DNA of 32,482 nt from a virus (taxonomy: Duplodnaviria > Caudoviricetes), in IMG/VR virus record IMGVR_UViG_3300031453_000079, positions 1 to 32,482 of that record; one strand, given 5' to 3'. Shown here piece by piece: positions 8,799 to 15,998 of this stretch (the stretch's first letter is position 1; every line of letters starts with the position of its first letter). The position numbers and the translations under genes are program-made. The notes under the pieces were generated by a model, which worked only from the letters and a program-made list of their open reading frames with translations, ran no database searches and was not told the origin of the DNA.

Positions 8799-9244
8799 GC
8801 CGGATCGCGCGGGCCTGCGAAAAGGCTGCCCTGGCGCTCGTCGCGCACCTTGCCGCGGATGCGGCGGGCGGTGCGCTCGGTCAGGCCGGCGCGGCGGGCG
8901 GCGGCCCGCAGGCTAAGCTGCCCGGCTTCGAGGTCGGCGACAAGTTGCTGGCGGGCCTGGGCGGCGGCGCCGGTCCCGGCCTGCGGGATGTAGAGGCGGA
9001 AGTTGCCGATGGCGTGGCCGTCGGCGTCGACCACGCGGAAGTGGTCGCAGATCTGCGCGGCCGGCTTCGCTCCGACGCAACGGGCCAGCCAATGGTCGTA
9101 GCTGGCCCGTCGCGGGATCGCGACCTCGAGCCCGCCGTACTGCCGGGCGAGCGCCAGCGCGGCCTCGAGCCCCGCCACCTCGGCGATCTCGCGCAGCACG
9201 GGCGGAAGCCCGTCGAAGCTCTCGGCGCGGTCGGCAGGCGGCAT
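8795..9244 (-). CDS. Mor/C-family transcription activator
   Basis: LPPVLREIAEVAGLEAALALARQYGG, C-terminal HTH (SLRAAARRAGLTERTARR); at the early/late boundary. Confidence 0.82.
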   Translation of the reverse strand: MPPADRAESFDGLPPVLREIAEVAGLEAALALARQYGGLEVAIPRRASYDHWLARCVGAKPAAQICDHFRVVDADGHAIGNFRLYIPQAGTGAAAQARQQLVADLEAGQLSLRAAARRAGLTERTARRIRGKVRDERQGSLFAGPRDPA

Positions 9245-9247
9245 CGG

Positions 9248-9925
9248 TCAGGACGCCTTCCCGAGTTGCCGCGGCTGCGCCTGGCCGCCAACACCATGGT
9301 TCAGTGCGATGTCGCGGCCGGCGCGCTGGCCATCGAAATAGGCGTCGCTATAGGCCACTTCGCGGCGCTTGGCTTCGAGTTCCCGGCCCTTGCCGTGCAG
9401 GCGCTCGCGCGCTTCCACGGCCCGCGCCCTGGCGGCCTCGTCGCGGCTGGGTCCGAAGGTGACGAGCAGTCGACGCCGCAGCGTGGCGATCAGGCCGGTG
9501 CGGAAGTCGGCCGCCGCCGCCCGCTTGTTGCGGAGCCCGCGACGGCGCCGGTAGAAGGTGCTCACTTTGAAGGCCTGGCACTCGCCTTCGACGGCCCGGA
9601 AGGTCACGTCGCGCAGGTAGACGGCGATGTCGGGGCCGGGCTCCTGGCCGATGAAGCACCAGCCGCGCTCGGTGAGCATCCCGGCTGTGTTGGTGCAGAG
9701 CGTGATGGTTCCGACGAGATCGGCCCGCCAGGACTGGCCCATCGTCTTCTCGGCCGCCCAGGCCTCGGTCATCACCAGGTCGGCCTCGTCTAGGCCGTGC
9801 TTGCTCATCAGCTCGGCCGCCAGCGCGGCGGCCGATATGGCCTCGGCTTCAGTGCATCCGGCGCCGGTGGTCTTGGCGCGGAGCGCGGCGATCTTGGCCT
9901 TCAGGGCCTCGCGGCGAGCGCTCAC
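9248..9925 (-). CDS. DUF2786-domain protein
   Basis: KIAALRAKT..GCTEAEA..AA..A.ELMSKHGL; C-terminal G..AG.DI.LN.GV. Confidence 0.8.
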   Translation of the reverse strand: MSARREALKAKIAALRAKTTGAGCTEAEAISAAALAAELMSKHGLDEADLVMTEAWAAEKTMGQSWRADLVGTITLCTNTAGMLTERGWCFIGQEPGPDIAVYLRDVTFRAVEGECQAFKVSTFYRRRRGLRNKRAAAADFRTGLIATLRRRLLVTFGPSRDEAARARAVEARERLHGKGRELEAKRREVAYSDAYFDGQRAGRDIALNHGVGGQAQPRQLGKAS

Positions 9926-10173
9926 GGAGCCTCCCCCTCGACGGTGCGGTCCGCGAAGGCGGCGTCGGCTTCGTCGCGGGTGAGCACGTGGCCGGCGGTC
10001 GCGGGGTCGTTGCCGAGCTCCACCGTCCAGGTCAGGGGATCGGCGATGTCGACCCGGACGAGGTCGACGCGGACCTCGACGTCCTTGACGAGGAAGCGGA
10101 CCTCGGCCGTGTTCACCCAGTCCGGGTACATGCCGAGGCGGGTGAAGTTGCGCAGGAACTCGGTCGCTTTCAT
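9922..10173 (-). CDS. Hypothetical protein
   Basis: ATG overlaps the upstream stop; AAGGA RBS; GC3-biased codons. Confidence 0.65.
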   Translation of the reverse strand: MKATEFLRNFTRLGMYPDWVNTAEVRFLVKDVEVRVDLVRVDIADPLTWTVELGNDPATAGHVLTRDEADAAFADRTVEGEAP

Positions 10174-10655
10174 TGCACTGTCCTTTCGGGATTGGCCTGC
10201 CATTGGAGCAGCACGCCCTCGAACAGCACTGGGCCGTGATGCTCCATCCAGAAGATCATCATGGCCACGAAGGGCTCCATGATCTCGCCCGAGGCCGTGA
10301 AGGAGCCGCGCCGGTAGAAGCCGTCGTCGGCCGCCGCCCAGTCGCGGAACGCGCCCAGGATCGGGATATTGTTGAGACGAAAGTCGACGCCATCGAGCAG
10401 CGGCAAGACTTCCGCGTTGCTGGTCAGGACGTCGGGCGTCCCTTCGAGGCAGCGCAGGTCGAGGTGGACCTCGGCGAGCTGCTCGCAGAGGGGATCGTCG
10501 ATGACTTTCGCGCAGGCCTTGGTCCGCATGCCGGTGTAGAGCTGCATCGGCTCGCCCGGCCGGGCATGCCGGCGCCGGTTCGACCGGATCGTCTGGCGCT
10601 TGTTGCCGGATCGGATTGACCCGACGAACATCGGCCGGAAGTCGTAGGCCACCAT
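10170..10655 (-). CDS. ASCH/PUA-like domain protein
   Basis: F...F...IRSGNKRQTIR...PGEPMQLYTGMRTK...A.DDGF. Confidence 0.75.
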   Translation of the reverse strand: MVAYDFRPMFVGSIRSGNKRQTIRSNRRRHARPGEPMQLYTGMRTKACAKVIDDPLCEQLAEVHLDLRCLEGTPDVLTSNAEVLPLLDGVDFRLNNIPILGAFRDWAAADDGFYRRGSFTASGEIMEPFVAMMIFWMEHHGPVLFEGVLLQWQANPERTVQ

Positions 10656-10975
10656 CACGCCGCCCCTTTCAGGCTGACCTCGGTGCGCCAGGCGTCGAGG
10701 ATGCGCACCACGGTCGGTTCGCTCAAGCCGACCGCCGCCGCGATCGCGGCCGTGTTGCGCTTGTCGGCCCACAGGATCGCCACGCGGCTCACGGAGGCGT
10801 CGAGGTCGCGGTCGCCGGTGGGCGGCTTCACGCGGGCCGAATAGGCCGCGATCAGCAGCTGGGCCGCATAGGTCGAGGTGGCCATCTTGGCGCCGACCGC
10901 CAGCTGGTTGAGACGGGTCGCCACGATGGGCGGGACCCGGCAGGCGATCGGCACGAGCTTGTCGTCGGTCGCCAT
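10655..10975 (-). CDS. Putative DNA-binding protein (RHH-like N-terminus, HTH C-terminus)
   Basis: GGAGG RBS; VPIACRVPP..ATRL; TAAIAAAVGLSEPTVVRIL. Confidence 0.65.
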   Translation of the reverse strand: MATDDKLVPIACRVPPIVATRLNQLAVGAKMATSTYAAQLLIAAYSARVKPPTGDRDLDASVSRVAILWADKRNTAAIAAAVGLSEPTVVRILDAWRTEVSLKGAA

Positions 10976-10977
10976 GG

Positions 10978-11532
10978 TCAGACCTCCGGGTTGATGGTGG
11001 AAGGGCGGCGCGGTAGCGGCAGGCCGCGGCGGCGGGCGTGAACCCGGATGCCGTGCAGCACGCTGGTGTGGTCGCGGCCGAGCTTGCGGCCGATCTGCGG
11101 CAGCGACATCGCGGTCTCGGCCGCGAGCCGATACATCACCTCGTGGCGGGCCGCGATGATCGGCGCCGTCCGTGCGACCGACAGCACCAGCGCGTGGGGC
11201 ACCCCGTGCTGGGCGCAGACCTCGTCGAGGATGGCCGACCAGGCGAAGCCGGGCTTCCGCGGGATCGGCTGGCCGGCGGCGGCCCGCTCGGTCGCCAGGC
11301 GCCGCAGCTCGCGCACCGCCTCGCCAACGCGCGCCTCCCAGGCCGCCCGCTGCCGCTCGGCCTCGGCCCGCGTCTGGCCTTCGCGCTCCGCCTGCGCGGC
11401 GGCCTGCTGCGCCGCGGCGCGTCGGCGCCCCTCGGCGAAATCCAGCCCGGCCTGGACGATCCGCTTCCTGGCCTCGCTCATGCCCAGCATGGACATGCGG
11501 GGCCGTGCGGCGCCGTGCAGCTGCAGCGTCAT
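10978..11532 (-). CDS. Protein with C-terminal DnaA domain IV (Bac_DnaA_C-like)
   Basis: ARHEVMYRL....MSLPQIGRKLGRDHTSVLHGIR. Confidence 0.8.
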   Translation of the reverse strand: MTLQLHGAARPRMSMLGMSEARKRIVQAGLDFAEGRRRAAAQQAAAQAEREGQTRAEAERQRAAWEARVGEAVRELRRLATERAAAGQPIPRKPGFAWSAILDEVCAQHGVPHALVLSVARTAPIIAARHEVMYRLAAETAMSLPQIGRKLGRDHTSVLHGIRVHARRRGLPLPRRPSTINPEV

Positions 11533-11870
11533 GGCGCATCGCTCCCGTCGTCGTCGCGCTGCGGGGCGAGCCGCCGTCCGAGATTGTCACGCGATGCCGG
11601 GTCGAGCAGCCGCGCCAGCTTGGCGTTGCAGGCTGCGGCCACGGCCTCTCCCGAGACGAGGCCGTGGTGGATCGCGAAGAGGATCGCGGCCTGCAGGTCC
11701 CCCATCTCGCCGGGCAGCAGCGTGCGCGGGGTCTCGCCCGTCACCTTGCCGTCCGCACCCAATCGGCCGGGCGTGTCGAGCCCGAAGCGGAACGCCTTGC
11801 CGACGAGCTGCTGCACCTCGCCGCTCTCCTCGGCCAGCAGGCCGAGGCAATATCCCTCGCTCATGATCAT
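11529..11870 (-). CDS. MazG-like all-alpha NTP pyrophosphohydrolase
   Basis: LAEESGEVQQ..GKAFRFG and EMGDL acidic motifs. Confidence 0.65.
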   Translation of the reverse strand: MIMSEGYCLGLLAEESGEVQQLVGKAFRFGLDTPGRLGADGKVTGETPRTLLPGEMGDLQAAILFAIHHGLVSGEAVAAACNAKLARLLDPASRDNLGRRLAPQRDDDGSDAP

Positions 11871-12601
11871 GCCGCGGCCCTCCCGGCGGTTACTGCCTTG
11901 CGGGCCTTCCGGGCCTTGCGGACCCGCAGCTCGGCGCCGAGCGCGTTGGCGAGCCGGTCCCATTCGCGGCCGCTGTAGAGCGTCATGTCCTGCGGCAGGC
12001 CCAGGCTCCACGCGTAGCGCTGCACGGCGACGGGCCACACGTCTCCCCCTGCGGAGGCTTCCCCATCCTGCTGCGCAGGCTGTGGCCCCAAGCCTCCTCC
12101 GCCCGGATGCGGTGGTTCGAGGGCGCCGTGCTCGGCGAGGCGGCGCGCGATGGCCTTGACCACCGCCTCCTTGCGCTCGACGTCGAGGCCGCCCTTGGGC
12201 CAGGCGACGCCTCCGTCGCGGGCGATCCAGGCCTTGAGGCCCTCGATGGCCTTTCCCGCGTCGACCGCGTCGACCAGGAAGCGCGTGTGCACGAGGCCGG
12301 TCTGCCGTTCGACGAAGCGCATCATGGCGCGGTCGTCGCGGCTGCGCACGAGCGCGAGGTTGAAGGCCGTGATCCACAGCGCCTGCAGGGTCGGCGCGAA
12401 GCGCCCAGTGGCGCGGCTCGCCGGCGCCCGCGTGCCCGGCAGGCGGCGCAGATCGTCGATCAGCCCGATCGCGGCCTCGTCGGAGAGGTCCTTCGAGCTG
12501 CGCACGCCGCGGCGCAGCAGCAGCGCCCGATAGTCGTCGTCGTCGAGGCCGGCCTGGCCCTTGAGGACGTGGATGGTCTTGATCTGCCCGGCCGTGCTCA
12601 T
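11867..12601 (-). CDS. gemA: Regulatory protein GemA (Mu gp16 / DUF1018)
   Basis: IKTIHVLK...GLDDDDYRALL...SSKDLS, ALW, FVERQTG, KAIEGLKAW. Confidence 0.88.
   Translation of the reverse strand: MSTAGQIKTIHVLKGQAGLDDDDYRALLLRRGVRSSKDLSDEAAIGLIDDLRRLPGTRAPASRATGRFAPTLQALWITAFNLALVRSRDDRAMMRFVERQTGLVHTRFLVDAVDAGKAIEGLKAWIARDGGVAWPKGGLDVERKEAVVKAIARRLAEHGALEPPHPGGGGLGPQPAQQDGEASAGGDVWPVAVQRYAWSLGLPQDMTLYSGREWDRLANALGAELRVRKARKARKAVTAGRAAA
12053..12097. repeat. 45-bp palindromic element in frame within gemA
   Basis: ggaggctt...aagcctcc terminal inverted repeat with inner cctgc/gcagg stem; exactly 15 codons. Confidence 0.55.
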
Positions 12602-13191
12602 CCGCGCCTCCCGGCGAGCTTGAGGCGCACCGACGACGACACGCTGGAGGCGTCGCGCGAGGAGCGGGTCGTGATGGTGACGTGCAGCTTGCCGCGGTGG
12701 ACCCGGGCCTGGGCCGGCTCGGGGACGTCGAGCTGCTGGCGCAGCGTCGCCACGTCCGGCCCATCGAAGAGCTCCGCCACCTGGGCGTAGGGCACCGTCC
12801 ACGAGCGCTTGTTGCGGCGCAGCCGGATGGCGTCGATCACACCGCGGCCCGTCGAGCTCGCGAAGATCGCGGTGATGTCGAGGCCGAGGTCCGCGGCGGC
12901 CGCGGCCGGCGGCATCGCGCTGGCTGTGGCGGCCTGTGGCGCGATCGGCGCCGGTGCCGCGGGTGCGTCGTCAGGAAGGCCCAGGCCGAGGGGCGCGAAG
13001 GCCGTGCAGGTGGGCCGGCCGGTGTCGTCGCGCCGCCATTCGGACGGATAGTCCGGGTCGGTCTCGTCGTTGATGCGGACCGCTTCGAGGATGTCGCAGG
13101 GGCGCCCGAAGCACCCCGTGCAGCGGTTGCAATGGCTGGCCAGGAAGGCTTGCTCTTCGCCGAGGTCGGCCGGTTTGAAGACGCGCGTCAT
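12598..13191 (-). CDS. Hypothetical protein with Cys-rich (putative Zn-binding) N-terminal domain
   Basis: HCNRC..C...CDIL...YPSEW......PTCTAF, then an Ala/Pro linker and a second domain. Confidence 0.7.
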   Translation of the reverse strand: MTRVFKPADLGEEQAFLASHCNRCTGCFGRPCDILEAVRINDETDPDYPSEWRRDDTGRPTCTAFAPLGLGLPDDAPAAPAPIAPQAATASAMPPAAAAADLGLDITAIFASSTGRGVIDAIRLRRNKRSWTVPYAQVAELFDGPDVATLRQQLDVPEPAQARVHRGKLHVTITTRSSRDASSVSSSVRLKLAGRRG

Positions 13192-13334
13192 GACGGATCC
13201 TTGCGGTTGGAGGGTTTGGGGCGGGAGGGCGTCGCCGCCATCGCGGCGAGCGAGAAGGCGGCGCAGACGAGCGCCAGGACGGTGAGCACGGCGGCCGGCC
13301 AGGGCTCGACGGCCGCGAGCGGGAGGTGCGGCAT
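13188..13334 (-). CDS. Small membrane peptide
   Basis: 48 aa with one hydrophobic helix; coupled to both neighbours; GGAGG RBS. Confidence 0.55.
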   Translation of the reverse strand: MPHLPLAAVEPWPAAVLTVLALVCAAFSLAAMAATPSRPKPSNRKDPS

Positions 13335-13726
13335 CAGGCGGCCTCCACGTGCCGGGGCGACGCGGCGCTGCGCAGGGCACTGCCGCGGCCGCAATGGCGG
13401 TCGAGCCGCAGCCCCAGCAGCGCCAGGATCGGCCCCGCATCCACGCCGTTGACCCTGAGGAGGTTGCGGACGTCGATCGGCCCGCCGTCCGGATCGTGGC
13501 CGTAGAGCAGGTCCGCCACCTCGGCGTCGGACAGGATGTGGCCGGGGCGTCCCGCATAGGCCGCGATGTAGATCAGCAGCGCGCGGGTGGTGATCACCAC
13601 CGTGCCGTCGCGGGCCAGCGCCGGCCGGTGGACGTTGATCAGCAGCGCGCCGGGCGACAACTGGCTGCGCCGCGCCATGCCTTTCACGGTCATGCGGGTC
13701 GCGATGATGAGGTTCGGTTCGGTCAC
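13334..13726 (-). CDS. Hypothetical protein, OmpR-type winged-helix-like
   Basis: GRPGHILSDAEVADLLYG.DPDGGP...LGLRL....GRG. Confidence 0.6.
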   Translation of the reverse strand: MTEPNLIIATRMTVKGMARRSQLSPGALLINVHRPALARDGTVVITTRALLIYIAAYAGRPGHILSDAEVADLLYGHDPDGGPIDVRNLLRVNGVDAGPILALLGLRLDRHCGRGSALRSAASPRHVEAA

Positions 13727-14049
13727 GCCGCGCCTCCCTCGTCTTCGCCGAAGCGGCGGTCGGGCGCGAGGCCGTCGTTCGCCAGGCCGTGAGCCATCAG
13801 GGTCTTGTAGGTCGGCAGGATCACCACCCTGCCGCCCGACACGCCGTCCAGGGTGGCGGCGGTCCCGGGCCAGGAAGGCTCGCGCGCGGTGAGCATCCGG
13901 AGCCCGGCTTCGAGTTCCTCGGCCTCGGCGGCGGCCCGGCGCAGCGTCTCCGCGAAGGCGACCGCGCCCTCGACCGTGATCTCGCTGGTGCCGTCCGTGA
14001 AGGCGTCGAACACCGACATCAGCAGGTGCAGCCTGGTGCTAAGCGACAT
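13723..14049 (-). CDS. Hypothetical protein
   Basis: GAGGA RBS before ATG 14049; stop overlaps the next GTG. Confidence 0.65.
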   Translation of the reverse strand: MSLSTRLHLLMSVFDAFTDGTSEITVEGAVAFAETLRRAAAEAEELEAGLRMLTAREPSWPGTAATLDGVSGGRVVILPTYKTLMAHGLANDGLAPDRRFGEDEGGAA

Positions 14050-14473
14050 CCTCGACCCCCCTGCTCGGGCTCGACCCGGGTATGCGCGAGTGCGGGCAGC
14101 CCGACCGGCAGGCGTGGTAGAGGCGAGTGCGCACCGCCGAGGTCGTGGCGCGCGGCATGTCCTGCTCGCGCAGGCAGCGGTCGCGGCCGATCTCGGAGAG
14201 CACCGGGCAGTCGACGGTCTCGCCCATGAGCGCACCGCGCACCGCGGCCTCGACCCGCGCCATGTCGCCGGCGTAGCTCCGGCGCAGCACCTGGCTGACC
14301 ACGGCGCCCGAATAGGAGATGCGGGCCGCCACCCGCACGCCGCTGGTGCGCTCCACCTCGGCCGCCAGCGCCGCCACCCAATCGGGCGGACCTCCGCCGG
14401 CGCAGCCGGCGCCGCCCCAGGCCGTGGCCGCGATGGCGGCGGCCCGGCCGGTAACGTTAACGGGGGCCGTCAT
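14039..14473 (-). CDS. Mu-like phage HTH regulator with Cys-rich C-terminus
   Basis: PPDWVAALA, YSGAVVSQVL..Y.GD, V.CPVL.EI...RC, ACRSGCPHS. Confidence 0.78.
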   Translation of the reverse strand: MTAPVNVTGRAAAIAATAWGGAGCAGGGPPDWVAALAAEVERTSGVRVAARISYSGAVVSQVLRRSYAGDMARVEAAVRGALMGETVDCPVLSEIGRDRCLREQDMPRATTSAVRTRLYHACRSGCPHSRIPGSSPSRGVEDVA

Positions 14474-15132
14474 GCCGCGACCTCGTCGACCTGCACGTCG
14501 CTGCCATCGATGGAGCCTCCCACGAACATTCCAGCGTTGAAGTCGTAGACGCGGTCGCCGATGACGGCCGGCGGGCGCGGGCCGCGGTTCGCGCTCGGCC
14601 GCAGCCGGTAGATGCCGGCGCGGGCGCCGGGCGCGCGGCCCGGGCTGCTCTTGTCGGGCCGCACCACCGCCAGCAGCAGGCCGGCGCGGAAGAGCCGCTT
14701 GACGTATCGGCTCGCCACCATCGGCTTGACCGCGACCTCCTCGGTCGAGGCCACGGCCGCGAGCTCGGCGACGCTGAACTGCGGCAGCGCCCGCATGGCG
14801 GTCCACAGCTGTTCCTGCACGCGGCCGCGCCGGCCGGTGTAGCTTTCGCGCCGGATCACCGGGGCGGAGCGCAGCGCCCTCGCCACGACGTAGCGGATGG
14901 CGTCGTGGGCGCCGGGCTGGCGGGCCGGCTGGCGCGCCGCCTCGATCACGGCGCCAATGTCGCGCAGGGCCAGCACGTAGAGGTGCAGCGTGCGGTAGCT
15001 GCGGCCGTTGCACTGCCCGACGAGCTCGCCGACCAGGAAGCCGCGGGCGCCGGCCGCCTGCATCAGCCGCCAGTAGTGCTCGGGGCCGCGCGGCAGCGGC
15101 TTGGCGAGCGACGGGGCGAAGGGCCGGTTCAT
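14470..15132 (-). CDS. Conserved Mu-like phage protein with tandem winged-helix domains
   Basis: EQLWTAMRAL..FS..ELA, Y...L.RAG.L, GPRPP...VYDFN; follows MuB. Confidence 0.75.
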   Translation of the reverse strand: MNRPFAPSLAKPLPRGPEHYWRLMQAAGARGFLVGELVGQCNGRSYRTLHLYVLALRDIGAVIEAARQPARQPGAHDAIRYVVARALRSAPVIRRESYTGRRGRVQEQLWTAMRALPQFSVAELAAVASTEEVAVKPMVASRYVKRLFRAGLLLAVVRPDKSSPGRAPGARAGIYRLRPSANRGPRPPAVIGDRVYDFNAGMFVGGSIDGSDVQVDEVAA

Positions 15133-15914
15133 GCGGCACCTCCGGCGATCTTGAGCAGCTGCACCGGCAGGTCGCGCCGCACCGGCGGGCGGCCGGTGAA
15201 GACCTTGCCGTCATAGGTCGAGCGGTCGAGCGCCTTGCAGCCGCGGTTGCGGGCCCAGTCGGCCATATTGGTCAGCGTCACCACCACGCGGCGGGCGCGG
15301 CCGTCGCCCTCCTGGCGCACGTGGTCGAGCAGCGCGTCGTCGATCGCCACGGCGGGCAGGAAGATCGCCGCGAGCTTGCGGCAGTCCTCGAGGTCGCAGC
15401 GGGCGGCCGGCAGCCAGTCGAGCACGCGGTTGTGCACGCGCTCGATCGCCATCAGCTTCTTCGGCAGCTGCTCCTCGCCGACCATCAGGATCGGCACCTG
15501 GCTGTGCTCGTGGAGCTCGCGCACGAGCTCGATCATCTTCTTGTCGACGAGCTTGTCGGCCTCGTCGATGATCAGCGGCCGGCGCGGGTCGTCGCCGAGC
15601 AGCATGATGGCCTGCTCGGCGAGGCTCGCCACGGTGCCGCGCGGGTCGGGCACGCCGCCCTCGCGCAGCACGGCTTTGAGGAACACCGCCTTGGTCCAGC
15701 TCTCGCCGACCTCGACCCGGATGGCCCGGGTCTTGTTCTGGGCGTAGATGGTGGCGTAGCTCTTGCCGATGCCGCTCTCGCCGTGCATCACGCCGAGCCC
15801 CGGCACGCCCGAGGGGCGGTCGATCAGCCGGTTAACCAGGTTGTAGCAATTCAAGACGTTCTTCAGCCCGGCGAGGGTGCCGGACGACTTGACGGATGGT
15901 GCAGGCGTCGTCAT
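15129..15914 (-). CDS. MuB-like AAA+ transposition ATPase
   Basis: Walker A GESGIGKS, Walker B LIIDEAD, LMVGEE; adjacent to the transposase. Confidence 0.92.
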   Translation of the reverse strand: MTTPAPSVKSSGTLAGLKNVLNCYNLVNRLIDRPSGVPGLGVMHGESGIGKSYATIYAQNKTRAIRVEVGESWTKAVFLKAVLREGGVPDPRGTVASLAEQAIMLLGDDPRRPLIIDEADKLVDKKMIELVRELHEHSQVPILMVGEEQLPKKLMAIERVHNRVLDWLPAARCDLEDCRKLAAIFLPAVAIDDALLDHVRQEGDGRARRVVVTLTNMADWARNRGCKALDRSTYDGKVFTGRPPVRRDLPVQLLKIAGGAA

Positions 15915-15944
15915 TGATGGCCTCGTTACTGTTGATCCTTGTTC

Positions 15945-15979
15945 GAAGCCCCGGCTCCACCCGGGGCTTCTTCGCGTTT
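15945..15979 (+). terminator. Hairpin between MuA and MuB; terminator-like on the + (antisense) strand
   Basis: gaagccccgg-N6-ccggggcttc followed by ttcgcgttt. Confidence 0.45.
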
Positions 15980-15998
15980 CAGGGCTCGCGGCCCGCCG

